NCBI GenBank assembly: GCA_040882165.1
Contig: JBBEBV010000027.1
Span: 1-43,471, forward strand
Length of the DNA stretch: 43,471 nucleotides
From: Bacteroidota bacterium
GTDB taxonomy: Bacteria > Bacteroidota > Ignavibacteria > UBA10030
Direction of reading: 5' to 3'
The stretch's first letter is position 1; the number at the start of each line of letters is the position of its first letter. The notes beneath the pieces were generated by a model. That model made no database searches and was not told the origin of the DNA. It worked only from the letters and a program-made list of their open reading frames with translations. Shown here piece by piece: positions 1 through 9,367 of this stretch. The position numbers were made by a program, and so were the translations under genes.

Positions 1-1444
1 CGAACAAGTTCAGGCTCGCATTGATCCGGGGTTGTAAGGCGGCTGCAAATGAACTTCCTTTGACCAAACTCCCCACATCCCCCCGTAGTCCCACATCCGT
101 TGTCAATCCATCCCAATGGGTCTGGTAGCGGAACCAGACTGATACATCCGCCAAGGTTGAGGCGATCCTGGTTGCCTGGCCGAGCCGGTTGACAAGGTTG
201 TATTCGATATTGGGAAAACTCATCTCGAACCCGAAAAAGTAAAGGTCTTTACTGTCTGTGTAGTAGGTGATGTTCCCCCGTAAACCAAGATCTTTGATGG
301 TGTTGGAGGAAGGTTGGGCCGTTTCGGACGATTTCGGATCGCGTTTCGAGATAAACTCCCCGGCAGAGACGAAGACGTTCCAGAACAACCGGTCACTGCT
401 CAACATGTTCAACTCGAACCCCACAGCCCTGCTTGACCATGAGTAATCCGGTTCAAAGGCATCGGCTGATCGAAGATCATCTTCGCTTGCCATCACCTGG
501 AAGCTGTATTTATCCTCGGAGGCGGGGTTGTTCAGTGTGACTTTCAGGAAGGCGTCATAAAAGGAGAGGGGGACTTGTTCCTTCAGGAACCTTTTGAAGG
601 TGTCGGAAAAGACAGATTTCCGACCGGTGAAGATGGCCTGGAGGCTTTCGCTGATGGGTCCCTCGACCTGGACTTTGGAGGAGAGGAAGTTGATGTTGGC
701 TTGTCCCGACATGACGGAGCTGTTCCCGTCCCGTGAGGACATATTAATGACTGAGGACAATCTCCCCCCAAACTCAGGAGGAAAAGCCCCTGTGTACACT
801 TCGGTGGATCGAATGATGTCGGGATCGAAACTGCTGAAGAGCCCGAAGGCGTGGAAGGGATTATAGATCCGCATTCCATCCAATAAAATCAGGTTCTGGT
901 CGGATCCACCGCCCCGGACATTGAACTGAGAGTTCACATCGCTTGTGGAGACAAAGCCGGGGAGGATCTGGATGCTCTTGAGGACGTCCCCTTGTGTAGT
1001 GACAGGGACGAGCTTCATCTCGGCTTTATCGATCACGTGAACGCTGGTCTGGACATCGAGCAGTTCGGGCTTGGATTTGCCGGAGACGACGATCTCCTCC
1101 AGTTCCACAGCCTGGGATGGCAGGCGGAAGTTGAGCGTGACCGGCTCAGCTCCCCGGACAATCACAGTACGGATCTGTCGAACAAACCCAACGGCAGATG
1201 CGGTGACCTGGTAGGTTCCGGCCGGGACGCTGGGGATGAGATAGAAGCCGGAGAGGTTTGCCGCTGCCCCTTTATTAATGCTCGTAATGACGATGTTTGC
1301 GTACGGGATCCGTTCTCCGGTGGAACTATCGGAAACAACGCCGCGGAGATCCGATTGCTGGGCGAGCAGCGGGAAAGTCGGGAAAACGGTAAGCGTGAAG
1401 AACGTCAGGAAGTGTGGTGCAAGGAATCTACGAAGTTGGCTCAA
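1..1444 (-). CDS. TonB-dependent outer-membrane receptor; N-terminal part only, the gene runs off the left window edge
   Basis: My own minus-strand translation is open from about 1444 to base 1. It is absent from the ORF track because no stop falls in the window. N-terminus LSQLRRFLAPHFLTFFTLTVFPTFPLLAQQ is signal-like. It is followed by a CarboxypepD_reg-like segment (GFYLIPSVPAGTYQVTASAVGF) and a plug-like segment (VHVIDKAEM...NVRGGGSDQNLILLDGMRIYNPFH). The TTG start at 1444 is tentative. Confidence 0.75.
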   Translation of the reverse strand, partial: MSQLRRFLAPHFLTFFTLTVFPTFPLLAQQSDLRGVVSDSSTGERIPYANIVITSINKGAAANLSGFYLIPSVPAGTYQVTASAVGFVRQIRTVIVRGAEPVTLNFRLPSQAVELEEIVVSGKSKPELLDVQTSVHVIDKAEMKLVPVTTQGDVLKSIQILPGFVSTSDVNSQFNVRGGGSDQNLILLDGMRIYNPFHAFGLFSSFDPDIIRSTEVYTGAFPPEFGGRLSSVINMSSRDGNSSVMSGQANINFLSSKVQVEGPISESLQAIFTGRKSVFSDTFKRFLKEQVPLSFYDAFLKVTLNNPASEDKYSFQVMASEDDLRSADAFEPDYSWSSRAVGFELNMLSSDRLFWNVFVSAGEFISKRDPKSSETAQPSSNTIKDLGLRGNITYYTDSKDLYFFGFEMSFPNIEYNLVNRLGQATRIASTLADVSVWFRYQTHWDGLTTDVGLRGDVGSLVKGSSFAAALQPRINASLNLF

Positions 1445-1499
1445 GCAATCATACCCCTCCTTGGCAGTAGGAATTCAACTGATGATGAACGGATCCTCT

Positions 1500-2096
1500 T
1501 TATCCGCTTGTGGTGAAGCGGAGCGCGAGCTTGATAAGTTCCTCTATTGAGAGATTTCCTTTGTTCTCGTTGAGTACTTGCCGTATGGCCTTTTCCGCTG
1601 AGGCGCGCGGGTATCCCAGCGTGGTCAAAGCGAGCAACGCTTCCGCCCGTACTTCGCCTGACTGGTCGGCGGAGAGGCCCGAGCCCCCTGATGGGGCGCT
1701 CATTTTGTCACGCAGTTCGATCAAAATCCTTTCGGCGGTCTTCCTCCCGACGCCGGGGATGGAGGTCAGCGCTCCGATGTTGCCCGATGCGATATAGTGC
1801 TTAAGCTCGCCGGCGGGAATGCCGGAAAGGATGCCCTGTGCAATCTTCGGCCCAATACCGTTGACGGAAAGGAGGTGTCGAAATAACGTCCGCTCTTCTT
1901 CGGTAGCAAACCCAAACAGGTGAAGCGTATCCTCCCGCACATGCAAATAGGTAAAAAGGAAAACAGGCGCATCAAGAGCCCCCAATTTTTCAAACGTGGA
2001 GACGGGAATGCTGACCGCATAGCCGACGCCGTGGACGTCCACAAGCACTTCGGTGGGGGATTTGGCTTTTAGTATGCCGTTCAGGGAGGCGATCAT
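1500..2096 (-). CDS. ruvA: Holliday junction DNA helicase subunit RuvA
   Basis: 198-aa ORF. It has the N-terminal OB-fold signature MIASLNGIL...VDVHGVGYAV and two helix-hairpin-helix segments (LLSVNGIGPKIA, LTSIPGVGRKTAERI). There is a 4-nt overlap with the upstream ruvC. Confidence 0.95.
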   Translation of the reverse strand: MIASLNGILKAKSPTEVLVDVHGVGYAVSIPVSTFEKLGALDAPVFLFTYLHVREDTLHLFGFATEEERTLFRHLLSVNGIGPKIAQGILSGIPAGELKHYIASGNIGALTSIPGVGRKTAERILIELRDKMSAPSGGSGLSADQSGEVRAEALLALTTLGYPRASAEKAIRQVLNENKGNLSIEELIKLALRFTTSG

Positions 2097-2659
2097 TTGC
2101 TCTTGACAATCCGTTCGGGATGCGCTTCGATGAATGATTTCCAGCTTGATGTTTTGCTCTTTCTTCCCGACCCCTTCATCGAGCCGTTCCCGGTCATCTT
2201 ATGAAAGTGGCAGATAGCAACGGCAAGCGCGTCGGTGGCATCGTACGCTTTGGGAGCCCTCTTGAGCCTGAGGATCGACCGGATCATATAACTTACCTGT
2301 TCCTTCGAAGCCGCGCCGTTCCCCACAACCGCTCTCTTGACCTCCCGGGGCGAGTATTCCGACGTCGGAATTTGACTGTTGACAGCCGCGAGGATGGAAA
2401 CCCCGCGGGCATGGCCGATCTTCATTGCCGATTGCGCATTTTTCCCGTAAAAAGCGGTCTCGATTGCAAATTCATCCGGATGATGGCGTTCGATGACGGT
2501 GCAGAGTTTCGCGTAGATCGCCTTGAGCCGGATCGGCATCGACGCGTCGCTCCGATTCCGGACCACATCCACCTCCAGGACCGTGAACCGTCCCCTGACG
2601 GCCTCGATCACTCCGTAGCCGGTAATCAATGTTCCAGGATCAACGCCAAGGATGATCAT
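2093..2659 (-). CDS. ruvC: Crossover junction endodeoxyribonuclease RuvC
   Basis: MIILGVDPGTLITGYGVIE is the canonical RuvC N-terminus, and the C-terminal DATDALAVAICH motif is present. I moved the start from the longest ORF (2698) to ATG 2659, which gives that canonical N-terminus. Confidence 0.92.
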   Translation of the reverse strand: MIILGVDPGTLITGYGVIEAVRGRFTVLEVDVVRNRSDASMPIRLKAIYAKLCTVIERHHPDEFAIETAFYGKNAQSAMKIGHARGVSILAAVNSQIPTSEYSPREVKRAVVGNGAASKEQVSYMIRSILRLKRAPKAYDATDALAVAICHFHKMTGNGSMKGSGRKSKTSSWKSFIEAHPERIVKSK

Positions 2660-2813
2660 TCGGAGATACGCACAGTTCTTGAACCACGGATGGCACACCG
2701 ATTGACACCGGGAGATCGCACCGTGCCGCTTCCATTTTGTATTTTGGAAATCCTTAGGAAGAATTTATTCCTGTCGGTGTTCATCCGTGTGTCATCGGTG
2801 GATAAAAAATCTT

Positions 2814-3566
2814 CTAGCCGGCCCCGTACTCTGCGAGTACCTTCTCATCGATATCGAAATTACCGTAGACATGCTGCACGTCGTCATGATCCTCCAGCGC
2901 TTCCACCAAGTGTAAAACCTGTTCTGCCTCTTTCCCCTCGACCCTCACGGTGTTTTCCGGAAACATCTGCAATTCTGCAAGCTCTGGCACGACTCCTTTT
3001 TCCTCGATTGCCCGTTTGACCTGTTCGAAGGCCGCGGCGGCGCAGAGAACGATGAAGTGTTCTCCTTCTATTTTCAGATCGTCTGCACCTGCCTCAAGGA
3101 CCAGGGCGAGCAAATCGTCCTCCCCTATGGCCTTTGTCGGTATGATCAAGTGGCCCATCCTGTGGAACTGGTAAGAGACCGCCCCCGTCGCAGCGAGCTT
3201 GCCACCGTTCCTGTCGAGGATATGCCGGATATCGCTCACCGTGCGGGTTTTGTTATCCGTGACAGCTTCGATCAACAGCGCCACTCCTCCGGGGCCGTAA
3301 CCTTCGTAGGTTGCATCTTCGTACGCTATGCCGGGGAGTTCGCCGGTTCCCTTCATGATCGCCCGCTTGATATTGTCGGCCGGCATGTTGCTGGCCTTTG
3401 CTTTCTCGATGGCCAGTCTCAGTCTCGGGTTCGCAGTGGGATCGCCGCCCCCCAGTCGTGCAGCGATCGTCATTTCTTTGATGATCTGCGTGAAGATCCT
3501 GCCGCGCCTGGTATCGGTGATCGCTTTTTTTCGCCGTATCGTAGACCATTTGGAATGTCCGGACAT
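2814..3566 (-). CDS. yebC: YebC/PmpR family DNA-binding transcriptional regulator
   Basis: Hallmark N-terminus MSGHSKWSTIRRKK...GGGDPTANPRLRLAIEKAKASNMP. The start is set at ATG 3566 rather than the longest ORF at 3641. Confidence 0.92.
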   Translation of the reverse strand: MSGHSKWSTIRRKKAITDTRRGRIFTQIIKEMTIAARLGGGDPTANPRLRLAIEKAKASNMPADNIKRAIMKGTGELPGIAYEDATYEGYGPGGVALLIEAVTDNKTRTVSDIRHILDRNGGKLAATGAVSYQFHRMGHLIIPTKAIGEDDLLALVLEAGADDLKIEGEHFIVLCAAAAFEQVKRAIEEKGVVPELAELQMFPENTVRVEGKEAEQVLHLVEALEDHDDVQHVYGNFDIDEKVLAEYGAG

Positions 3567-3627
3567 AATTACACCTCTCTCCCTCAAAAAATCATTTCTT
3601 TTTCGTGATCTTCGCGAAAAGGTCCGT

Positions 3628-5379
3628 TTACTTGATATCACGTATTTTCAGTTGCGGGATCGCCTCTCCGGAATAATCGCTCTCATCCAATGAAAAAGCA
3701 AGTGCGATGTCCTTTCTACCTGTCGGTACCTTGTCGATCAGGTGAGCGAGGTTGAACCCGATCGTGTCGATGATCTTGCCTTTGGCCCGCACCCTGAACT
3801 TGAGGTGCTTTTGACCGACGATCCGGGGGGAACCGACGAGTTCCACATTGCGAACAACAAACACCGGACGCATATTGCCAGGTCCGAAGGGAGCAAACTG
3901 GCTGAGGATGCGTACGAACTTCGGGGTCAATTCCGAAAGGTTCAGCTCCGCATCAACCTTGATCTCGGGGGTGCGTAATTCCTCGGTCATGAGCTCCTTG
4001 ACGACGGTGTTGAAGGCATCCTTGAATTCCTTGACGCGGCTCACTTCCACGGAAAGTCCAGCCGCATACTTGTGTCCGCCAAACTGGATCATGGTGTCTT
4101 CACACCGCTTCAGGGCCTGATAGATGTCGAAGCCGGAGACGCTCCGTGCCGACCCCTTCGCAACCCCGTCAATGGTGGTCATCATGACGGTCGGTTTATA
4201 GTACTTCTCGACCAGCCGGGAGGCGACGATGCCAATGACGCCCGGATGCCAGGTTTCCTGGTGGAGAACGATGGCCCCTTCTTGATCAACGTCGGGAAAG
4301 TTCTCGACAAGTTTCTGGGCCTCGAGGAACGTATCCTCGTCGATTTTGCGTCGATTCCGATTCTCCTCTTCAGCGACCCGGGCAAGTTCAAGGGCGTTTT
4401 CGTACGAGTCCGAGGTAAGCAGCTCCACGGCCCGCATGGCATTTCCGAGCCTTCCCACAGCGTTGATGCGTGGAGCAAGTACGAAGATAATCTGTCCCGC
4501 CGTGATCTTTCCCGGCTTGAGTCCGGCCGTTTCAATCAGAGCGCGGATGCCGGGGCGCGGGTTCGAGTTGATAAGATCGAGTCCCAATTTGACCAGAGCA
4601 CGGTTTTCCCCTGTGAGCCGGACGATGTCAGCAGTCGTCGCGAGCGTGACAAGGTCGAGGTACGAGGTGAGGATGGTGTTGGGGTCGTCGGTGAGACGTG
4701 ACTGGATTGTCTCGTGTGTGCAAAGCGCCTGGATGAGTTTGAATCCCACTCCACATCCCGAGAGATGTTTGAAGGGGAACGAGCAGGTCGGCTTGAGCGG
4801 ATCGAGCAGGGCGAAGGGCTGTGCGAATTGGTCTCCGGGCTGGTGGTGGTCGCAGACGATCACATCGATCCCCACGGACTGCGCCATGCGAACGGGTTCA
4901 ATGGCCGTGACGCCGCAGTCGATGGAAATCAGGAGGGTTACACCCAGTTCCTTTGCCCGATCGATCCCGACTTGCGAAAGTCCGTAGCCGTCCTTGATGC
5001 GATCAGGGATGAAGTAGGAGACTGCGCCACCGATGCTCTTCAGGAAGGTCCACAGGAGCGTCGTTCCGTTTGTTCCGTCGACATCGTAGTCACCGTAGAC
5101 CAGGATCCGTTCTTTCTTTGCCAGCGCCTGCACGATGCGACCGACTGCCCGATCCATATCGTTCATCAGAAACGGATCGTTCAAATCGGAGAAACTGGGG
5201 CGGAAGAACGAGCGCGCCTCTTCGAACGTGCGAATGTCTCTTCTGGAAAGGATCTCCGCTAGAACAGGGGAAATCGTCAACTCATCGCCGAGCCGTTTCG
5301 CAGTTTCCTGGAACGCCAACGAGTCCACTGACGGATCTTGCTCCGGAAAAGTCCACCGATATTCTTTTATGAGGGGCAT
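3628..5379 (-). CDS. recJ: Single-stranded-DNA-specific exonuclease RecJ
   Basis: DHH-family motifs are present (VYGDYDVDGT, SIDCGV, VCDHH) along with the DHHA1 motif GGHKYAAG. The start is set at ATG 5379 (MPLIKEYRW). The longer ORF to 5508 would run into the RNase P RNA gene. Confidence 0.9.
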   Translation of the reverse strand: MPLIKEYRWTFPEQDPSVDSLAFQETAKRLGDELTISPVLAEILSRRDIRTFEEARSFFRPSFSDLNDPFLMNDMDRAVGRIVQALAKKERILVYGDYDVDGTNGTTLLWTFLKSIGGAVSYFIPDRIKDGYGLSQVGIDRAKELGVTLLISIDCGVTAIEPVRMAQSVGIDVIVCDHHQPGDQFAQPFALLDPLKPTCSFPFKHLSGCGVGFKLIQALCTHETIQSRLTDDPNTILTSYLDLVTLATTADIVRLTGENRALVKLGLDLINSNPRPGIRALIETAGLKPGKITAGQIIFVLAPRINAVGRLGNAMRAVELLTSDSYENALELARVAEEENRNRRKIDEDTFLEAQKLVENFPDVDQEGAIVLHQETWHPGVIGIVASRLVEKYYKPTVMMTTIDGVAKGSARSVSGFDIYQALKRCEDTMIQFGGHKYAAGLSVEVSRVKEFKDAFNTVVKELMTEELRTPEIKVDAELNLSELTPKFVRILSQFAPFGPGNMRPVFVVRNVELVGSPRIVGQKHLKFRVRAKGKIIDTIGFNLAHLIDKVPTGRKDIALAFSLDESDYSGEAIPQLKIRDIK

Positions 5380-5447
5380 GGAGAGGATTCGGTTGCATGG
5401 GTACGCCCCCGGCGGAGGTACGTTTCCACGGGGACAAAAAAAATCGC

Positions 5448-5829
5448 AGGTTGGTGGCCGATAAGCCGAATTCTGTCTTCCCCGCCCGGAGGCAGGGGAG
5501 GCAGTCATTTCTCTGATGCGACCTACCCGTCACGGTGCCCCGCGGAGCGGGACAGAAGCGGGCAGCTTCAACCATGACTTACGTGGTCTTGCACCGGGTG
5601 GGGTTTATCTTGCCCCGTTCATTACTGAACGAGCGGTGGTCTCTTACACCACCTTTTCACCTGTTTCTCGTCCGCTCACGCGGACGGGATGTGTGTTTTC
5701 TGTGACACGATCCGTTCCTGCGGGATATGGCCCGCAAGACCCCCGATTAACTCGGGGCACCCTGCCCTGTGGTGTTCGGACTTTCCTCTCTTCACCGAAG
5801 TGAAGAGCGACTGCCTGGCCGACCCACCT
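5448..5829 (-). ncRNA. rnpB: RNase P RNA, bacterial type A
   Basis: The reverse complement contains the universally conserved blocks GAGGAAAGTCCGAACACCACAGGGCAGGGTGCC, CACAGAAAACA, GGTGAAAAGGTGGTGTAAGAGACCACC, AAACCCCACCCGGTGCAAG and ACAGAATTCGGCTTATCGGCC. They occur in the same order as in E. coli M1 RNA. The 5' AGGTGGGTCGGCC can pair with the 3' GGCCACCAACCT to form P1, and a T8 run follows at 5436-5443 (minus sense). Ends are accurate to within a few nt. Confidence 0.9.
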
Positions 5830-5944
5830 GCGAGTTACAGCATTGTTCCAAGTATTACCATCGACAACATCCTCCGGTGAGGGGAGTTCCCATCCATGGC
5901 GCCGCCTTCACCAACAATTTCACCGATTCGTATTCTCCATGCAC

Positions 5945-6376
5945 CTACTCATCCAACGCGACGGCACTCAACGGCCTTTTCGAATCGATACCCAAATTCG
6001 CCATTTGATCGGCCTCCTTGTTCTGCTCTCGCGGAATGTGTTTGATCTGGAAGGTGAACGGAGCGGATTGAAGGAGTTCGTGTACTTTTTGAAAGTACTT
6101 TTTCAGGGTTGCATCCTTTACGCGATACCGACCCGTCATCTGGCGCACCATGAGCTCGCTGTCAGAGTGAACGACCAAACTGGAACATTTGGTCTTCCCC
6201 GCAGCCTTGAGGCAGGCCAGGAGGGCGGAGTATTCAGCGATGTTATTGGTCGTTTCGCCAAGATAGCCGGAGAGACGGCTGAGCGTGGTTCCCTGCACGT
6301 CTTTGAGGATGACGCCAATCCCCCCCTCACCCGGGTTGCCCCTTGAGGCGCCGTCCGTAAAGGCAAGGATGGTCAT
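5945..6376 (-). CDS. rnhA: Ribonuclease HI family protein
   Basis: 143 aa. RNase H type-1 catalytic pattern is present: FTDGASRGNPG (Asp), AEYSALL (Glu), VHSDSELMV (Asp), NKEAD (Asp). There is an ATGA overlap with the upstream Zn-ribbon gene. Confidence 0.85.
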   Translation of the reverse strand: MTILAFTDGASRGNPGEGGIGVILKDVQGTTLSRLSGYLGETTNNIAEYSALLACLKAAGKTKCSSLVVHSDSELMVRQMTGRYRVKDATLKKYFQKVHELLQSAPFTFQIKHIPREQNKEADQMANLGIDSKRPLSAVALDE

Positions 6377-7104
6377 AGTGCGCTTGAATACGTTTCGACG
6401 ACCTCGTCAGACACCATCAACCGACCGCAGTGCTCGCAGATGATCAGCCTCTCGTTCTTGCGCAACTCCACGAGGGACTGGGGAGTGACCTTCTTGAAGC
6501 AACCCCCGCAAGCGTTCCTGCGGACCGCCACGACAGCTTTTCCCCCAAACGCCTTCCGGACACGCGCATACAACCGCAGGTCGTTTTTGTCCACACGAAC
6601 GATGATTTTCTCACGTTCATGTTGCAGCCGCAATTCCTCTTCCTCGTGCTCCTGGTTCACTTCCTTCAACTCCGTTTTCCGTTCCCCGAGTTCTTTGCTC
6701 AATTCTTCAATCTCGGGGAGAAGGACCTCAAGATCGCCTTTTGCCACCGACGCCTTTCCCTCGATTGTATCCATCTCCTTCGAAAGCAGCGTGATTTTTT
6801 CCTGGGATTGGTCGATTTCCCGCGTGAGGGCGTCGTATTGTTTGTTCGTTTTGATCTGGAACTGTTGTTCCTTGTATTTCTCGATTTTCTCCCGGGTGGT
6901 GATGATGTCCAGGTCAATCTCGTCCCTGCGGACGATGGAATGCTTGATCAGTTTTTCAAACTCCAGCTTCTTTTGTCCCTTGGTTTGAAGCTGCCCTTCC
7001 AGGTCTGCGACGAGTCGTGGAAGGTCCCCTTTCAGTTCCACCAGTTCATCCAATCCGGAATCAACCTGCTGGAGGGCGTACAGTAGACGTAATCGCTTTT
7101 CCAA
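6373..7104 (-). CDS. Coiled-coil protein with C-terminal C4 zinc ribbon (COG1579-like)
   Basis: 243 aa. A long heptad-rich E/K/L region is followed by CGGC...CEHCG. It lies immediately downstream of a Nif3-family gene, a commonly seen pairing. Confidence 0.8.
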   Translation of the reverse strand: MEKRLRLLYALQQVDSGLDELVELKGDLPRLVADLEGQLQTKGQKKLEFEKLIKHSIVRRDEIDLDIITTREKIEKYKEQQFQIKTNKQYDALTREIDQSQEKITLLSKEMDTIEGKASVAKGDLEVLLPEIEELSKELGERKTELKEVNQEHEEEELRLQHEREKIIVRVDKNDLRLYARVRKAFGGKAVVAVRRNACGGCFKKVTPQSLVELRKNERLIICEHCGRLMVSDEVVETYSSAL

Positions 7105-7119
7105 ATACTGCTCCTTAGC

Positions 7120-8232
7120 TTATGATGAAAGAAAGTGTGTTGGATTTGTTCGTAAGTTCGTTGTGAATACTTCCAGTGATTCCCCCGACGTCCGGGAGTA
7201 CTGTTTCAGCCTCTGCGCGATCGGTTTCAGGATGACGTGCTCAGTTTCCCAGTGTCCCGCGTCGATCAAAACAATTCGGTCGCCGGCCGAATGGAACGTG
7301 TGATACTTGACATCGGCCGTGATGAACGCGTCGGCATGGGCAGTGAGGGCATTCGGTAGCAGGTCAGAGCCGCTTCCGCCGCAAACGGCAATCCGTTGTA
7401 CCCGCCTGTTCAACCGGCCGGTGTAACGCACAGCCTCCGCATCGAGTGCGACCCGAATGCCTTTCAGAAATGATCGGAGGTCCATCGGCTTCGCGAGGTT
7501 CCCGATTGCTCCCATCCCATGATCCGGGTTTCCGTTTTGAAGCGGATACACGTCGTACGCTACTGCTTCGTACGGATGCACTGCTTTCATGTTTGTGATG
7601 ATGGACGGGATGTTCGCGCTCGGGGCGATCATTTCGATTCGCGTTTCGTCAACGGTCTCCAGTTTTCCCTTTTCACCGAGGAACGGATTCGACGACGCCG
7701 AACCCCGAAAGGTTCCTGTGCCGGCGATTCTGAACGAACACGAGTCGTAGTGCCCGATCGCACCGGCGCCCCCCTTCCTCATGGCCTCGGCGACCGCATC
7801 GACATAACCGGACGGAACGAAGACGGCGATTTTCGCCAGCGTATCCTTAAGCGGAGAGAGGAATTCGATTTCGTGGAGACCGAGAGCTTCCGCCAGGGCG
7901 AAGCTGACACCCCCCCTCGTGAAATCCAAATTCGTGTGCGCCGAGTAGACCCCGATCCGCTTTTCTGCCAGCATCAGCACCAGCCTTCCGGTCTCATCCC
8001 CGGTTGTGATGGAGGAAGGGGGGTGAAACAGAAGGGGGTGATGGGAAACGATGAGGTCGGCCTTTTTGGCAATGGCTTCCCCGACGATTTCCCGCGTGAC
8101 GTCGAGTGCAACGAGAACCCGACGGATCCTTCGTTCGCGATCCCCGACCTGCAGTCCGATGGCGTCTCTCTCCCACGCCGTCCATGAAGGGGCCCAGGTT
8201 TCAAAGAACTGTTCAATATCGGCAATCGTCAT
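7120..8232 (-). CDS. Nif3-like dinuclear metal centre protein (GTP cyclohydrolase I type 2 homolog family)
   Basis: Contains ALDVT...ADLIVSHHPLLF and the C-terminal FITADVKYHTF...IDAGHWETE metal-ligand motifs. The start is set at ATG 8232 (MTIADIEQF). The longer ORF to 8283 would include a terminator hairpin. Confidence 0.87.
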   Translation of the reverse strand: MTIADIEQFFETWAPSWTAWERDAIGLQVGDRERRIRRVLVALDVTREIVGEAIAKKADLIVSHHPLLFHPPSSITTGDETGRLVLMLAEKRIGVYSAHTNLDFTRGGVSFALAEALGLHEIEFLSPLKDTLAKIAVFVPSGYVDAVAEAMRKGGAGAIGHYDSCSFRIAGTGTFRGSASSNPFLGEKGKLETVDETRIEMIAPSANIPSIITNMKAVHPYEAVAYDVYPLQNGNPDHGMGAIGNLAKPMDLRSFLKGIRVALDAEAVRYTGRLNRRVQRIAVCGGSGSDLLPNALTAHADAFITADVKYHTFHSAGDRIVLIDAGHWETEHVILKPIAQRLKQYSRTSGESLEVFTTNLRTNPTHFLSS

Positions 8233-8250
8233 GCTTGTGCGAACAGGGAA

Positions 8251-8286
8251 TAAAAAAAGTGTCCCGCTTCTTGGGCGGGACACTTT
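8251..8286 (-). terminator. Rho-independent terminator-like hairpin (minus-strand sense)
   Basis: A 13-bp perfect stem (AAAAGTGTCCCGC / GCGGGACACTTTT) closes a 7-nt loop. In the minus sense it is followed by a T7 run (A7 at 8251-8257 on the plus strand). Confidence 0.6.
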
Positions 8287-8468
8287 TGGGGATTCGGGTT
8301 ACCGGGAAACTTGTGAGCGGGTTGTTTGAGCCTTATTCTATACGACATCGTTGGTCAATACACTCGGTGGACGCGTGCAGGTACGACTTGTTAGTTCCAT
8401 CAAACGCTCAATAGTATAGGAAACTTTGCCTTGAGATGCAACCGCTTGTTCCGTGCTCCCGACACGGA

Positions 8469-9227
8469 TCAACTCTCCGTTTTCCCCTGAACGGCGGCGC
8501 CATGAAAATCGATTTTTTCAAAATTGATGTCACGCAGGCGCTTGATTTCCGCTTCGATCTTGTGGAAATTCTCGTCAAATTGCTTCAACACTGCGTTGTC
8601 GGCATCCGACAACGGCTGGCGTCTGATGAGGTCGGCGCTGATCTTGATGGCTGCAAGCGGATTATTAAACTCGTGGCACACTGTCACGACTAACTCGCGG
8701 ATCGCCTCCGCCCGCTTTTCCGCGATGAGCATGCGTTTCTCAACTGCCTTGATCTGCTTGTGTATCCGAACGCGATCCAATACGTTGACGATCGTGCGGG
8801 GGAGAATGGACTCGGCCAGATCCTCCTTGATCAGGAAGTCCTCCACGCCCAGCTTCATGGCTTCAATGGCAAGCTTGAAATCGCGTGTGGCGGTAATGAA
8901 GACAATGGGGATCTCGGAATTCATTTCGTTGAGTTGCAGGCAGAATTCAAGCCCGTTGGACCCCTGCAAAACATAGTCCGTCAGGATGAGGTCGAGCGCC
9001 TTGTTTTGCTGTACTTCCAGCAGCGCTTCTTCGACATTCTCTTTCCAGATGAGTTTGAACTCGCGGTTCTGGAATTTTTGGAGGTGGTGCTGGACGAGTT
9101 TCGCAAAACTGATATCGTCGTCTACCAGGAGAACATGGATGAGCTTGTGCTGTGTCGGGAAGGGGGACTCGGTCATAAGTACGAAAAGGTAAGGGAAGTT
9201 CCTTTGAGTTGCAACGAAGGACTTCAT
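8469..9227 (-). CDS. Response-regulator receiver fused to a HisKA/DHp domain, with no HATPase_c domain
   Basis: Receiver motifs are VLLVDDD, LILTD, FITAT and AMKLG. An H-box CHEFNNPLAAI follows, with only about 67 residues after the His before the stop. That is too short for N/G1/F/G2 ATPase boxes, and none are visible. An alternative start is ATG 9176 (MTESPF). Confidence 0.8.
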   Translation of the reverse strand: MKSFVATQRNFPYLFVLMTESPFPTQHKLIHVLLVDDDISFAKLVQHHLQKFQNREFKLIWKENVEEALLEVQQNKALDLILTDYVLQGSNGLEFCLQLNEMNSEIPIVFITATRDFKLAIEAMKLGVEDFLIKEDLAESILPRTIVNVLDRVRIHKQIKAVEKRMLIAEKRAEAIRELVVTVCHEFNNPLAAIKISADLIRRQPLSDADNAVLKQFDENFHKIEAEIKRLRDINFEKIDFHGAAVQGKTES

Positions 9228-9367
9228 GAGGGGGTATTCCCGTGAGGTGATTCCGACGGTTGCATTTCAGAGGGAAATTCTCTATACTGCCCGCACTTTG
9301 CGCTCTCTGCAATACGGATTGCCCACGGACCATGGGGCGGAGGGCTGATTCTCAAGGAGATCGATCT

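Noticed and set aside
992-1550. Plus-strand ORFs 992..1516 and 1278..1550.
   Set aside because: They are antisense shadows of the minus-strand TonB-dependent receptor N-terminus and the ruvA 3' end. Their composition is Arg/Gly/Asp-rich and they carry no recognisable motifs.
2201-3019. 272-aa plus-strand ORF spanning ruvC and yebC.
   Set aside because: It lies antisense to two well-supported genes and crosses their intergenic spacer. The Arg/Pro-rich composition is typical of shadow ORFs in GC-rich DNA.
5282-5880. ORFs 5282..5575, 5338..5577, 5516..5803 and 5689..5880.
   Set aside because: They overlap the RNase P RNA gene and the recJ 5' region. Their content is Pro/Arg/Gly-rich and they have no motifs.
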